64,000 nucleotides of DNA from Cyanophora paradoxa CCMP329 (taxonomy: Eukaryota; Plantae; Glaucophyta), in the NCBI GenBank assembly GCA_004431415.1, contig QPMI01000117.1, forward strand, positions 1 to 64,000. Direction: 5' to 3'. Within the stretch, counting starts at the first letter, position 1; every line of letters begins with the position of its first letter. Of the stretch, positions 1 to 14,243 are shown one piece after another. A program made the position numbers and the translations under genes. The notes below the pieces were generated by a model, which was given only the letters and a program-made list of their open reading frames with translations, had not been told where the DNA came from and searched no databases.

Positions 1-1750
1 GGGGTACGAGCGCGCCGGCGCGGGGGCGCGCAGGGCCGCTGCGAGGTCCTCTTTCCCGAGGGCTTGGAGCGTCGCGTCGGCCGCTGCGAACGAAGGCTCG
101 GCTCGGGGGGGGGGGCAGCAAGGGGCAGGGGTACGGGCGCACCCTCCTGGGAAGAGCCGGCCGCGAGGGCGAGGAGGTGGAAGGCGGGGCCGGCCGCCGG
201 CGGCCGCCCCGTCAGCGCGTGCGTCTGCCGGCGCCGCCACGGCCCGTGAGCGGAGCCGGAGCGGACCGGATGCGCGAGGGGGGTACGGGCGCCGGCAGGC
301 ACCTTGGCGAGGGAGACGAGGGCGGGGTACCGTGCGAAGAGGCCGCCGGAGCCGGCGCCGCGGCCGCGCCGGTAGAGGTACGAGAGCGCGCGCATCGCAT
401 CGGCCGCAGTCCGCGCGTCCACCTGCCGGCGAAACGCGCCCAATCTCAACACTCATTGTTATTTTTATCCCCCTGAATTATGAAGATTCAACTACAATCT
501 TTCATTTAATCGCTTTAGTTTACAAGGGCGTTTGCAGCTAGGTTTTCTTGCCGTATAACATATGTTAATGTGAATTTCCTACAATTGGAGAAGCTGCAGC
601 TAGGATCTCTACGAACAGTTCCTTATATTTAAAAAGTACTTAATGCGGTTGTAGTTTCTTAGTAGGGGGCCAGCGCCAGCCGGCCGATCGCGAGCGCGAT
701 CGCGGACCTCGAGGCGCGCGTGGGACTCGAGGAGGTTGGAGGCGATGAGCTCGTGTACCCCGTCGGCGGCGAGGTCGCAGGCGGCCCCCGAGTCCGAGTC
801 GGCCTCGGCCTCGGGGGGCGGCGGCCCCGCCTCCTCGCAGTCCCAGCTCCCTGCGGGGCGGGCGGGGCGGGGCGGTCAGGCCGGGCCGGGAGGGGCCCCG
901 AGCAGGGGCGAATCCAGGGGTCAGGAGGGCCCGGGGAGGGTCAGAGTCGGGTCCAGGGCTAGCTAGGGGGGGAGAGAGGGGGGGGGGGCAATTGTTGGGG
1001 GAGGGGATGGCGGCCAGGTCGGGAGGGGCCCGGAGGGAGGGGGGAGGGCGAGGTCAGGGCGGGCCCCGGACGGACGAACCTTCGTCCGCGGCGCAGGCCT
1101 CCAGGGATCGCCTGACCTCGGCGTGGAGCGTCCGCAGGCTGCTCCGCCGCCCCCGAATGAACCGCAGCCTGCCCGAGGCTCAGGTGAGTCGGGCGGCTCA
1201 GGGCGGGGCGGGCCGCGCGGGCCGCGCGGGGCGGGGCGGGGCGGGGCGGGACTCACGCGGCAGGGTCCCTCCTCATGCTCTCGCTCCTCCCGAGCGCCCT
1301 CTTTCCGAATCCGAATCCAGGGCGGGGGGCGGGGCCGTCGGGGAGCTGCGGGGGCGCCGCCCCGGCTCCGCCTTGCAACGTTAACTGGTTCGTGTTCGCG
1401 TCGACGGAGGCGGCGCGGGCTCGCTCCGGGGCGAGGGACCAGCCTGGGATGGAGGGGCAGGGAGGGAGGAGGCCGGCGTCAGTCAGGACCGAATCCAATG
1501 AACGGGACGGGACGGGGCGGGGCGGGGCGCGCGCCTCGCGTCCGCGGGACGACGGAATGCCTCGGGGCCTGCCCAACACCGGCCTGGCTTTGCCGTGACT
1601 TCCCAACGGTCGCGCCCATGCCTGCAGGAAGCGTCAGCGTGATCCAGCGGCGGCACACGCGCACTGCGGCACGGCACTCCCACATCGCATCGCACCTCGA
1701 ACGCTGAATTGCTCTGATCAGCCACAAGGAAGGTGCTCGCAGGCTCACAG
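1..1750 (-). CDS. Multi-exon hypothetical protein gene, runs off the left window edge; boundaries approximate
   Basis: The minus strand shows this genome's typical intron signatures (gtgagtcccgcccc, gtaccccgcc, ...ggcag|, ...cgcag|). They flank exon-like stretches such as VDARTAADAMRALSYLYRR (~423-330) and WDCEEAGPPPPEAEADSDS...ELIASNLLESHARLEV (~850-700). No recognisable domain. Confidence 0.4.
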
Positions 1751-3215
1751 CCTGAGAGCCCGCTGGACTCCGGGAGGGCTCGCTAGTGCTGCTCAGCGGC
1801 TTCTAGGACGATGCAACCTTCACTTGGCTTTTACGGATATGACGGCTTGCGGAATGCGGCAAGCATGCGCGTCGGTATGCTCTCAGGACTCATGACACAT
1901 GATCACTGGGCCAGTCGCCGCGTATACCGTGGTACGTCCGCGCGCGCGCGCGGATGCGAGCTCAAGGCAATTGCAAGCTGGCGCATGATACCGATAAGCC
2001 TTGAAGACGCGTACGTCTACCTACACTAGACTGTCTAGACGCCGCGCGCGGTATAGGCAAGCGCGCATGGATCATGATGGATGGGTCCATGCATGGGGCG
2101 GCGGCCCCGTTCCGATCGGTGATCGTTCCGCTGGGCGGCGCTGGCGCTGGTTGCCAAGTCGCTCCCAGGCTAGCGCTGGCCAGGCATTGGCCGAGTGCTC
2201 TGATGCCGATGATCGTAAACGCGTCTGCTCATTTTCGACCGGATCCGGAGCAGGTAGATATCGATCCCGTGAATTTTTGCAGAGGGAGCGGATCTGAAAG
2301 CGCGTGCTCAAGGATTCGTGCGCGTACCCCACAGTTAATGTTGGGTACAGATGTTAAAGCTGGGTACAGCTCGCGATTATTGAAAAAACTGATGCCGATT
2401 TACCATTCAAGATTTAAAAATTTAAAACAACAGTAACAATCAAAGAGTACCGGGATCGGCTCATAGGAGTCATTGCTTCATTGCGGAGGTACTTGTACCT
2501 CTGATTGGTTGAAAAGTTGAACCAAAGCCGCGCACTGGTTGGACCGCCCCTCGGCCGAGGGGTACAACATGCCGGGCAGCCGCCGGCGAGCCAGGCGCCG
2601 GCGCGCGCCCGCGGCGCATGCATGATATGATGCATCATGATCATGTTCGCGAGCGATCGCGAACGTCGACGTCGACGTCGAAATCAGAAGGAAATTAAGC
2701 TTCACATACCCCGGTCCCCGGCTTCGATCCATAGCAGGCACACTGCGCTGTGCATGTGTGAGTCTGCGCATGCGCATGCAAGCATATGCATGCAAGCTTT
2801 AATTTCCTCCCCGCGGCGCCCTAGCTAGCGAGCGCGATAGGCCAGCCTCAGGGCCTGCAAGGCTGCAACTGGTAGCGGCCATCGCCGGCCAACCGGCCGC
2901 ACCCGTCGAGCTCGTACGCGTAGCGCGCCCCCTCGGCCATCGCCGATACCCGAGTCCCGACCGGAGGAGCAGCGTTGCGGCGTTGCCGGTTGCGCGTTGC
3001 GCGTGCTCTTGCCCGGGCACTCCGCCGTCTGTGCGCCGTCGTGGCGAACACACCTGGTGGCCTGGACGCTTCCTTGCCATCGCCCACTCGCGCTCGGCCC
3101 ATCGGCGCCTGCCGCCGGGGTCGGTGACGCTCTCGGCCGCCGGCCGAGGCGCAGCATCATGCGTGCGATCTCGTAGCGGCAGCAGCACCAGCAGCGGCCC
3201 GAGCAGCGCGGGGGA

Positions 3216-6200
3216 ATGTCTGTTCCCGGCGAGGTGGCGCAGGGGCAAGGGGCCTTCCGCCCCTTCGTGCCGATCCTGGTGGCGCGCCTGCTGCCGGAAA
3301 CGCTGCACACGCCCGGCCCGCAGTCGTTTGGCTTCGAGGTGCGCCCCGCCCCGCACCGCACCGCCCCAGCACCGCTTCCCGCGCCGGCCGCGCGTGGCTC
3401 ACCACGAACTGCCACCCGCAGGCCGCATGCGTTATGGCGAGCGGCCCCGCTCGCCCCCCCCCCGCGCGCCGCGCCGCCCCGCTGAGCGCCGCGTCGGCAG
3501 GTGGACATCAGCGGGTCGGTGGAGCTGGCGCACGCGCTGCTGGAGCGCGGCGGCACCGACTTCGACATGGGCTTCGTCCCGAGCGACAACCGCGGCGCCG
3601 ACGAGCTCTCCTCGCGCCTCAACGTGCGGCCCCCGCGCCCGCCCGCCGGCCCGAGCCGGCGTTTGACCCGCGGGCCGTGGGCGGGGCGGGGCGGGGCGCA
3701 GGGCATCTTTCGGGAGGTCCTCCGCATCGCCCGCCAGTACGGCGCCGACGTCGTCCGGTACCCCCGCCCCGCCCCGCCCCCCCCCCCCCCCCCCCGCCCC
3801 CCCGCCCTCCCCGCAACCCCGGGCCCCGCGCGAGAGTCCGTAGTGCGCCGGCGCCCCTCGCACAGAATACTAGATCCGCCGCCGATCCGCCCCCGCGCTC
3901 CTCTCAGCGGCACAGGGCGCCTTTGGAGAGGTACCCCCCTGAACCCCCCCCCCCTCCCGTAGGTTCCTCGGCGACGCGATCCTCTGCCTCTGCTACGCGG
4001 ACGAGGTACTTGTACCCCCCGCGCGCTCCTCCCTCGCCTGCCCGCCTGACCGGCCCCGGCCCGCCTCCGCTCAGGCCTCGGGAGGCCTGCCCGCCGCCAC
4101 CCGCCGCGCCGCCGCTATGAGCGTCGACATGCTGGGAGTGGAGGTACCCCTCTTCTCCCCCCCCCCCCGGATTCCTTCTGAGCGGTCTCGCCTCGGCCAC
4201 AGACGGAGCGGCTGCGGTGCTCGGCGGCCCCGTACCCCCCCGCCGATTGCTCCCCCCCCGAAACCCTTCGTTCGCAGGCTGCACCTTGCTATGTCGGCAG
4301 GCACTCACTACGCCCTCAAGCTCGGGGGCCACAGGGGCAAGGTCGGCGCCGCCCCCGCCCCGCCGACGCGTACCCCGGGGCCGACGCCGAGGGCGTACCC
4401 CCCGCAGTTCGACCTGAGCGTGGTGGGCAATCCTCTGGCGGACCTTGCTCAGGGTGCGCGGGGCTGGCGCTGGCGCCCGCCCGCCCTCCGCCCCGCGGCC
4501 GGCCTCTCACCGTACCCCCACAGGGCTCTCCCTCGCCCGCTCCGGCGAAATCGGAATCAGCGAGCGGGCGCGCGAATCCCTGTACCCCCCCGCCCCGTCC
4601 GGGAGTCTCACGCGCGCCGCTACCCCCGCAGGCGGTCGCCGTGATGGGGGCGGCCGAGGCGGCCGGCAGCCTCCGCGGGGGGTACTGGGTCGTCTCGCAG
4701 TCGGCGCTGCGGTTGGCGCTGTCGCCGATCATGTCGGCTGCGGCTGACCCCGCGCCGCGGGCCGCGGCCGAGGCGCCGGCCGTGCAGTCCCTTCGCCGCT
4801 TCTCGCTGTCGGCAGAAGCCGCGGCCGTCGGGGCCTCCCCGGCGGCCCTCGCGGCCGGCGACGGCCCGGGCAGCTACCGCCCCTTCGTACCCCCCGACGT
4901 CGAGGCCTGCATCGACCGCGAGGCCAGGTCCGCCTTCTCTCTCCCCCCCCCTTTTCCGGTACCCGGACGCGACGCCCCTCGTGTACCCCCCGCCTCAGCT
5001 TCGTGACGGAGCTGCGGATCGTGACGTGCGTCTTCGTGCGCCTGGGCGAGTTCCAGTGCCCGCCGCGGCCGCCCTTCCCGGGAGAGACCGTCGCATGGCT
5101 CCATAAGAGCGTCCATGCCATCCAGGTGACGAAAATATCGAGGCCGCGGATAGGGGTACGCCAGCTGAGCGCGGGGGACGCAGGAGGCTGTGGCCTCGAC
5201 GGCCGGCGTCATCCGCTCTTTCTTCCGTGACGACAAGGTCCGTACCCCTCCTCGCCCCCTTCCCCCGGCGCCTCTGACCGGGCCCGCCCCGGCGCGGCGC
5301 CCCTCAGGGATTCATCGTGCGTGGGACTGGAGGCGGCCCGGGCCTGCGCCGCCCTCGCCTTGGGGCCGCCTCGCCTCGCCTTCGGGGGCCGATCTGACTT
5401 GGGGCGCCTTGGGCAGGCGCTGGTGACGTACGGGCTCGTGGGTACCGCGCATGGCGACGACCCCCTCCGCGCCTGCGCCGCCGCCGTGCACCCGCCCTCT
5501 CCTCGCCCCGCCCCGCCCCGCCCCGCCCCGCCTCGCCTCGCCTCGCCTCGCTGAGCGGGGCGGGGCGCAGGTGCGGATCCGGGAGGCGTTCAAGGCGCGG
5601 GCCTTAGGGCAGGTGTCCATCGGCGTCGCCACGGGCCGTGTCTTCGCGGGGTGCGCCCCCGCCCCCCCCCTCCGCCCCCGCCCTTCCATGCTAGATCCGG
5701 CCGGCTTGCTTTAGACGGCTCGAGCTAAAGGGCGCTTTAGAGTTTAAGCTTAAGGGCGCTTAAGCTTCGCGGGGTGCGCCCCCGCCCCGCCCCGCCCCGC
5801 CCCGCCCCCGTTCCCGCCCTTCCCCGGCGGAGGATTTGCATTAGCACACAAGAACAACAACAGCTAGGAGTTTCACATCGCTCAGCCCGCCCTTCCCCGC
5901 AAACTTTAGCTGAAAGGGGCGCGTTAGCTTTAAGTTTGGCTGGCTCGCTTCGCCTGGCGCCCTGACCGCGGCCGTCCTGCGCCCCGCCGCGCAGGCTCGT
6001 CGGCGACTCGTACCGCTGCGACTACAACGGTGCCTGCCTCCCCAACCGCCCTGCCCACCCTCCTCCCGTCCCGCGCCCCTGCGCTTATCGGCCCGCCCTC
6101 GCCCCCGCCCTCGCCCCCGCCAGTGCTGGGGGACTCCGTGAACGTCGCGGCGCGGTCCGTCTACCCCCGCGACGACGCTCCCCTTTCTTTCCCTCCCCCC

Positions 6201-9200
6201 CCCGCCCCCTGCGTGACGCCACGGCTCTTCCCCTCCCCCCTCCCCTCTTCTTTTCGGCGCAGGCTAATGGGCGCCCACGATGGGGACGTTCTGGTGGACC
6301 GCCCGACCCGAGACGCCGTCCACTCCGAGGCCCGCCCTTTCTTTCTTCCTTCCTTCCTTCCTTTCTTTCTCTCTTTCTTTCTCTCTTGTTCGCTCTTTCT
6401 TTGTTCTTTTTTCCGCCCGCTCGCCCTTTCTTTCTTTCTTTCTTTGTTGTTCGTCTGAGGCCCCGCGGCCCTCTGACGCGCCGGCGCCCGCCCCGCAGAT
6501 CCATAGCGAGGCTCTCCCCCCTCTGCACGTCAAGGCGCGTACCCCGCTCCCACTCCTTCTCCCCCCCTCCGCTTACACCCCCCCAGGGGAAGAAGGCGGC
6601 GCTGGAGGCTTTCCGGCTCGGGGCCCGCGTCAACCGCCAGTCCATGCGCTCCCTGTGCGCCGAATTTGATCCGAGGCCAAGCCGCCCTGCGCCGCGCTGG
6701 GCCTTGATCTGCCCGCCCTCCTGACGGCCCCTCCTGACGGCGCCTCTCGCAGGGGTACGCTGGGCCAGTCGGACTCGGCCATGAACGCGGCATGGGAGGT
6801 CTCCGCAGACGACGAGGACGAGGACGGGGAGGAGGGCGAGGTGGGCGCCCCCGCCCCGTGGTGCTTAAATGGCTGGCTGGCTGGCTGAGGCGGGCGGCAG
6901 GCGGGGGGGGACGCGACCAGAGGCGACGAGGCCGCTGGGGCCCGGGTCTTTGAGGGCAGGCGCCGCAACAGGTTCCCCCCCTCCCCCTCCCCCCCCCTCC
7001 CCCCCCCCCCCCCCCCCCCTTCCCCCCCCCCCCCCCAGCCGGAAGCGGAGCAGCGTGGCGACGGCGACGGCGATGGATCTCGCCTCCTCGATCCGCGAGG
7101 AAGCCGCCTCCGCCCGCTCCCTCGTCCGCGGTGCGCGCGCGCCTGATTTGATCTAGCTATGAATGTCTGACCGGGGGCGGGTGAGCAGGGCGGGCGGTTC
7201 CCGTCGGGCACCTCTGCGACTTCCTCACCGCCGGTACCCCCGCCCGCCCGCCTGCCCCCCCCCCCCCCCCCCCCCTCTCTCCCCCGTCCTCGTCTCTTCT
7301 GAGGCCTCCTCGTCTCTCCTCTCGCTCCTCGCAGCGGCGTGGAAGCCCGGCGGGGCGGGCGTGCTCTTCGTCACCGCCGAGGCCGGCGCCGGTGCGCCCC
7401 GCGCCCGCCGCCCGCCGCCCGCACTCGGCCCAGCCCAGCCCAGCCTAGCCTAGCCGACGCCCCTCCGTTCGCGCAGGCAAGTCGGCGCTGGCGAACGAGT
7501 GCCTTCGGCTCGCGGACCGCGCCGGAATCCCGTGCCTCGTCGCCTCGGGCGACTCCCTCGAGACCTCCCGGTACCCCCGCCCTGCCCCGCCCCGCCCCGC
7601 CCCGCCCCCGCCCCGCCCTCCCGCAGCTTCTACGAGACCTCTCCCCCGCCCTCTCCGCCGCCCCCAGTCTCTACTTCCTGTTGTTCTGCCCGCCCGGCCC
7701 GGCCCGGCCCGGCCCGGCCCCGCCCGCCCCGCCCTTCTCCCGCAACTTCTAGGAAACCCCTCCCGCGGCCGCGGCCGGCCGGCCGGCCCTCCGCGCCCCC
7801 CTCCCCGCCCGCCCGCCCGCCCGCCCTGCTGACCGCCTTTTTCTTCTTTTTCTTCGTCTTTTTTGGGCAGGCCCTACCACGCCTTCCAGGACGTCCTCCA
7901 GGCCTTATGGCGGTACCCCCCGCCCCTCTCCCCCCCCCTCGTTCGTTCGTCCGCCCCGTCCGATTTCGGCGCAGTCGATCGGGGAGGGGCGCCCATCCCT
8001 CCGGGGACCCGCCTCGGCGCGCACGGCCCCGCTCGGCGCCGGCGCGGCGGCGGCGCCGAGCCCTCCCCCGCGGACGCGGGCCCGCCCCCGCCGCCGCCGC
8101 CGCCGCCGGGGCCGGCGCACGGCGCGGCTCGGTCGTCACCACGCAGGACGGGAGCGGCGTGAGGTGCGGGCGGCCGCCGCGCGGATTTGTCGCCCCGCTG
8201 GCTCGCCTCGCGTCTCACTTCGTGCGAACGCAGCGGCGTCGCGGCCGACATGCTGCAGCGGGGCCACCCCCCCGGGGGCCCCCCCGTCGAGCACCCGCCC
8301 CGCCCCGCCCCCGCCCCCCTCCGTACCGACGAGACCAAGAGGGGCCCTCGCCCTCCTCCTCGCAAACCCGTGCGCCACTCCCTCCGCTCCCTCGCGCGAC
8401 CCGCTCGCGACACGCGGCGCCATCGTAGGCCGGCGCCCCACCGGCCTCCTCCTTCACCTCCATACCCGCTCCTTCGCGACGGAGGGCGGCACCGCCGCCG
8501 CCTCGCGCTCAACGTGCACCCCCCCCCCCCTACCCTCCCCCTCTCCCCCCCCCCTTCTCACCCCCGCAGAACCGACACGGAAGCCAGCCGCCATGCAGCC
8601 CCCGAGCCCCCGTGCGCCCTCTTTCTCTTTCTTACCGTACCCTACCGTATAGCGCGAGCGTCGTCTCACCGTACCCCGACGCGGCTCGCCCCCCCCCCCC
8701 CCCCCCCCCCAGGGCGTCTCCCCCTCGCACCCGCTCTCCCCCCGGGGGCCCCCTCCTCCACCATCTCGACCCGCAACGTCCACGTCGTACCCCGCTCCCG
8801 AACCTCCGTCAGCATGCCCGCGTGCGCCCGTACCCCTACCTCCCCGCAAATCCTCGTACCCCCTCCGAAACGCGCCGCGCAGCCCCCGCCCCCCCGAGCC
8901 TCTGGTCCCCGACTCCAACGACATCGATACCCTCTCGCCCGAGTGCGGGAGTACCCCCCGAACCCCGGAACCCGTACTCCCCGCTAAAATACGGTACCCA
9001 GGGAACTCACGGAGGACTCGCCGGCGCTGATCCGCGCCCGTCGCTTCCTCTTCGCGATCAACCCCCATCTCGCCACCCGCGCCAACGCCGCGGTACCCCT
9101 CTCCGGACCCGTCCCCGGGCTCCTCCGTTCGCTGAGGGGACGGTACCCCCCACAGCTTCTGGAGCAGCTTCTGCCCTCGAGCGGGGCGGAAAGACTCCCG

Positions 9201-12200
9201 CTCTCCCCGCACGGGCACGGGCACGCTTACCACGGGCACGCGCACGCCACGAGGCGCGCCCCGGCCCGCCCGCTCGGACCCGCGTTCGCGCCGCAAAGCG
9301 GAATTCTAACCTCCCCGGGCAGACCCGAACCCCACAACCAGGCCGGAATCCTCCTCCTCATGACATCCGTCTTCAAGGCCGTCCTGCGGAGCCTCCGGGT
9401 ACGACGTTCCCGGCGCGGCCAGGGAGATTCGCGCGCGTCGTCCCCCCTTCCGACCGTTTTCCCTCGCCATCAGGCCGTGCTTGTCGTCGAGGACTTGCAC
9501 CTGTACCCTCCCCTGCACCACCCTCCCGCGCGACCCATGCCCCCTGTCCCTGATTCCCGTACCCCTCCAGGCTGGATTCGGCCTCGGTCCGCCTCGTCGA
9601 GAACCTCGCGCACTCCAGGCGCGCCCGTACCCCTCCCTCGAGATATTCTCAAGAGATCTTACCGTGCCCCTCAGCGGGTCGTCCATCCTCGTCACGTGCC
9701 GGTCGAATCTGGCCAAGGTCGGGGACAACGTCGCGATGTGGTACCCCCCGCCCGCTCGTCCCCCGTCCCTTTCGTGGTGCCCTGATTTGATCTTCTTCTT
9801 CTTCCTTCCCCGGCAGCCCGAGGACAAGGAACGTGGAGCTGTCGCCCCTCACGCCCGAGGGCGCGCCCCGGCCGCCTCCTCTCTCTACACCCATCATCCG
9901 CCCCTGCTCGAAGTTGACGCGTACCCCGCAGAGACCGCCCAGGTCGTTGGGATGCACCTGAACATCAACCCGGGGCAGGTGCGCTCGTGCCCCTGTCCTC
10001 TCGATCGCTCCTCGTTCTCTTACCCCTCTCGCCGCAGATCCCGCCGTGGTTCGCGGCGTCGCTGTGCGACCAGGCGCGCGGCAACCCCTTCGCCGTCTCC
10101 GAGGCACGCCCGCCCGCCCGCCGGCCCTCCCGCCCGCCCCCTCTCCCCCCGGCCCTCGGCTGACCGCCCCGTTTCGTTCGCAGATTGTGAGCTTCCTGTC
10201 TCGGCGCGAGCTGCTGCGGGTCACCCCGGGCGATCCGGACGGGGGCGACGAGGAGGGGGCGACGCCCCGCCCGGGGGCGGCGCCGGGGTCAGGCACGCTG
10301 GGGGCGGCGGGGGAGTCGCGGCGGCCCTCGTCTGCCAAGCACGCCGAGTCGCGGAAGGCGTCGATGGCTGGCGGGAGCGGGGCGGGCCAGTACCCCGTCC
10401 TCCACATCGACGAGTCCCTCGGTGACGCCGACCGCCGCAACCGGTGCGCAAAGAGAAGGAAAAAGAAGAAGAAGAAGAAGAAGAAGGACGGCTGACTTTC
10501 TTCCCCGCACGCAGGCTCCCCGTGCCTGACTCGCTGGAACGCCTCATCCTCTCGCGCCTGGACGCCCTCCCGCCCGTCGCCGCCCTCGCCTGCAAGCTCT
10601 TCTCCGTCCTGGGTACCCGCTTTACCCTCGGCATGGCCATGGAGGTGTGCCCCCGCCCCCTTCCCCGCCCCTCTCGCCCCTTTGTGTAGTGCGGCCCGAA
10701 GGCCCCCGCTAGTAGTCTAGCTTGCCTGGGCTGACCTCAGCGCGCTTGGAGGAGCGGGGGCCGCGCGGTGGCCTCGGGCCCGGCCCGGCCCGGTCCGGCG
10801 GGCACTGACGGGCGCGTACCCAGGTCCTCTCAAACGACATCGACCCCCCGGCCCTCATCCACTGCTTCCACACGGTGCCGCCCTTTCCTCAGCTCAGATT
10901 GATCTGATCTGATCCGATCTGATCTCTCTCCTCCCCTCCTGCGGGGCAGCTCGAGGCGGCGCGGCTCATCGGGCGGCCGCCGGCCTCGCCCCACGCCGGC
11001 GACCAGGGCGCCGCCGAGTACGCCTTCGTCCAGGTGCGCTGCTGTACCCCCGCCCCCTCGCCTTCGCTCGCCTCCGCCTCACTCCTTCTTCTTCTTCTTC
11101 TTCGTGTACCCCCAGGGACTGGTCGCGGAGGCGCTGTACAGGGTACGTGGAAGCTTACTCCTCCGCTCCGCTCCGCCAGCTCAGCTTCCCCCCTTCGTTC
11201 GCAGCTGCTGCCGGCGGAGGACAGGAACCGGATCCACCGCCTCTGCGCCGAGTGGCTCGAGCGCCAGGTCCGCCCCGCCCCGCCCCCTCCTTCCTTTCCT
11301 TCTCTTTCCTTTTCTTTCCTTTCCTTTTCCTTCCTTCCTGACGCCCGTCCGCCCGCCCGCCCGGCCGGCCGCGCAGGAAAAGCCGGACGTGGCGCACTTG
11401 GAAGGGCCCGGGGAGGGCCCGCGGCGCCCCACGCGCGCCGCCCTCCTGGCCTACCACTGGCTCCGCTCCGGCGACGCTGCCGCCGTGCGCCCCGCCCCGC
11501 CCCGCCCCGCCCGGCAGCTAGCTAGCCAGCTGGCCCTTCCCCGCCCCAGCCTTCATCCCACCTTTCCCGACCCAAGCCCCCGCGCCTCTCCCTTTGCCCC
11601 GCCCCGCCCGGCAGCTAGCTAGCTAGCTAGCCCTTCCCCGCCCCAGCCTTCATCCCACCTTTCCCGACCCAAGCCCCCGCGCCTCTCCCTTTTCCCCGCC
11701 CCGCCCGGCAGCTAGCTAGCCAGCTAGCTCGCCAGACGCGGCAGCTGCCCAGCTAACTAGCTAGCCGGACGCGGCTGCCGTCGCTGCCGTCGCCTCCACC
11801 CCTCGCCCGCCCCAGCCTTGCGAGCCCGACCCGACTCCTCGCGTCCTTTCCTCCGCAGGGCGTCTCGTACCTGGACATGGCCGCCGACGAAGCCTACCGC
11901 GCCGGCGCCTTCGCAGAGGTACCCCCCCCCTCCCCCTCCTTCGTACCTCGCCTTCGTACCCCCCCCCCCCACCCCACCGGAGCGAGACGGGCGGAGAGGG
12001 GCCAGCTAGCAGAGCCAGAGGCTAGCCAGCGAGCCGGCTGGCCGCCGGCGGCCCGTAGCTCTGAGGGATCGCGTATAGGCGCTGTGGCTCTCTGACGGCG
12101 GTCGAGCTGAGCTGAGATTCCAACGGCAGGCCGCGGAGCTGAGCCAGCAGGCCCTCGCCCTCGGCGACCAGGCGCGCCCGCCCGTACCCCCCCGCCTTTC

Positions 12201-14207
12201 ATCCCCCTTCCTCCTCGAGCTCACTTCCTCCCCCGCGCAGGTGGCTCCGGGGCATGGGAACCTCCGGCTGGCCCGCCGGCACCTCGTCCTGGGCCAGGTA
12301 CCCCCCTCAGGACAGACGGCGTAGCCCCGAGCTCGGGGGTAGATAGAAAGATAGCCATATGGAGGGCCGGTCGGCCCACTGACCGACTCTTCGATTGGGT
12401 GGCTGGCTGGCTGACCGGCGCCCGCCCGCGCCCCCGCCCTCGCCCTCGCAGGCCAAGTTCAACCTGGGGCGGGTGGCGGACTCCAGGCGGTCTTTGGAGC
12501 GCTGCCTCCGCCTCCTCGACTTCCCCGCCGCCGACAAGGCCCCCGTCGTGCGAACGAAGCCGAACGAAGCCGAACGAAGCTGACGCACGGCCCCCGCTCG
12601 TTCTCGCCCGCGGCAGCTGCGCGGCTCGATCTCGACGATGATGGGGCTCCTCTGGCGCGGGCCCGCGCCCAAGTCGCAGGTGCGGCCGACCGCCAGTCGG
12701 CCGGGACCTCGCCTCACGCAGGCCTCCTCCGGCCCCCTAGGCGAAGAAGGCAAAGAAGGAGGAGGGGGATGATGAGGAGGAGGCGCGGCGGGTGGTCCTG
12801 TCGCGCGCTCTGGCCCAGTACGTCGTCAACCTGGTGCGCACGCGCGCGCGCCCCGCCTTCCCCAGCCACCCCGCCCCGCCCCGCCTCGGCGCCCCATCAC
12901 CATCACCATCACCATCGTCGGGGGGCGCGATTGGACCGAACGGACGAATCCGACGCGCGGCGTACCCCCCGCAGGTTCACATGGGGGACGTCCTGGGCGG
13001 CCTTTACTTCTCGCTGCGGAACGCCAAGGTACCCCCCCCCTCCATCCTCACCCCCCGGGGGCCCTCCCGCACCGTACCCCCTGGCCCTCACGCACCGCCC
13101 CCCCAGATCGCGGTGGCGGACGTTGGCTCGCCCGAGTACGGAGAGGCCTGCGGATTCCTGTGCGCACGTACCCCCCTCCGCCTTAGTAGCTTCGGGCGGA
13201 ACGGACCGGACCGGAGCGACCGCCGCCAACCGCCCGCCCGCCCGCGCAGGTACCTCGGGTTGCGAACCATCAACATGGAGAAGCAAGCGAGGAGGTGGCT
13301 GGCGGCCGGCAAGGCGGCCGCCGCGACGCCCCGGGGGCGCCCCGCCGTCCCGTGGCTCTACGTCCACCAGAGCGGGGCGCTGATCTGCACTGGGGAGCTC
13401 GAGGCTGCGCACGCCCTCTGCACCGCCGGCGTCGACGAGGTGCCCGCGGCCCGCGCCCACAGCCGCTCTCTCTCGCCCACCGCGCCCGCCCCGCCCCGCC
13501 CCGCCCCGCCCCGCCGCAGATCCGCCGGCGGGGCGACGTTGTGCTCGAGACGATGCTCATGACCAACATCGCCTACACAAGCTTCCTACTGGGTCCGGCC
13601 GATGAACCAGACTGAGACGAAGAACCTTAGGCGCTGAGACGATGAACCTTAGGGCGCTGAGAGAGTTAGCCTTAGCCGCCCGGGACGGTTAGAGTTGATA
13701 TAAAAGACACCCACCTAAGCCACCTAGCCTACACGAGCTTCCTCCTCGGTCCGCTAGGGCGCTGAGAGAGTTAGCCGCCGATTTAGAGTCAAAGAGTTAG
13801 AGTTAGAGTTAGAGTTGAAAGAGTGCAGCCACCTAAGCCACCTTGGGATATCTCACATCGCCTAGAACAGAGAGCGCCGCCCAGCGCAGCTTCCTTCCTC
13901 CCTCCCTTCCTTCCTCCCTCCCTTCCTACTGAGCCGTACCTTACTTAGGGCGCTACTGAGCTCAACTGAGCCGAGCTGAACTGCGTACCCCCCCTCCAGG
14001 GCGGTACCGCGAGTCGGAGACGATGTACCTGGCGGTCGCCGAGGTCTGCCGCAAGTGCACCATCCGCCTCCACCGCCTCTGGGGGTACGCCTTCTTCTTC
14101 TTCTTCTTCGCTTCCCGCCCCCCCCTCTAGGAGCGGGAGCCCCCCACCCCACGCCGGGGGCGCCTCCACCGCCTCTGGGGGTCCTCCTCCTCCTCCTTCC
14201 CTTCCCG

Positions 14208-14243
<36 letters not shown>

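Noticed and set aside
13795-13817. (TTAGAG)n as an interstitial telomere
   Set aside because: Only about four units of a non-canonical motif inside an intron; too short to support.
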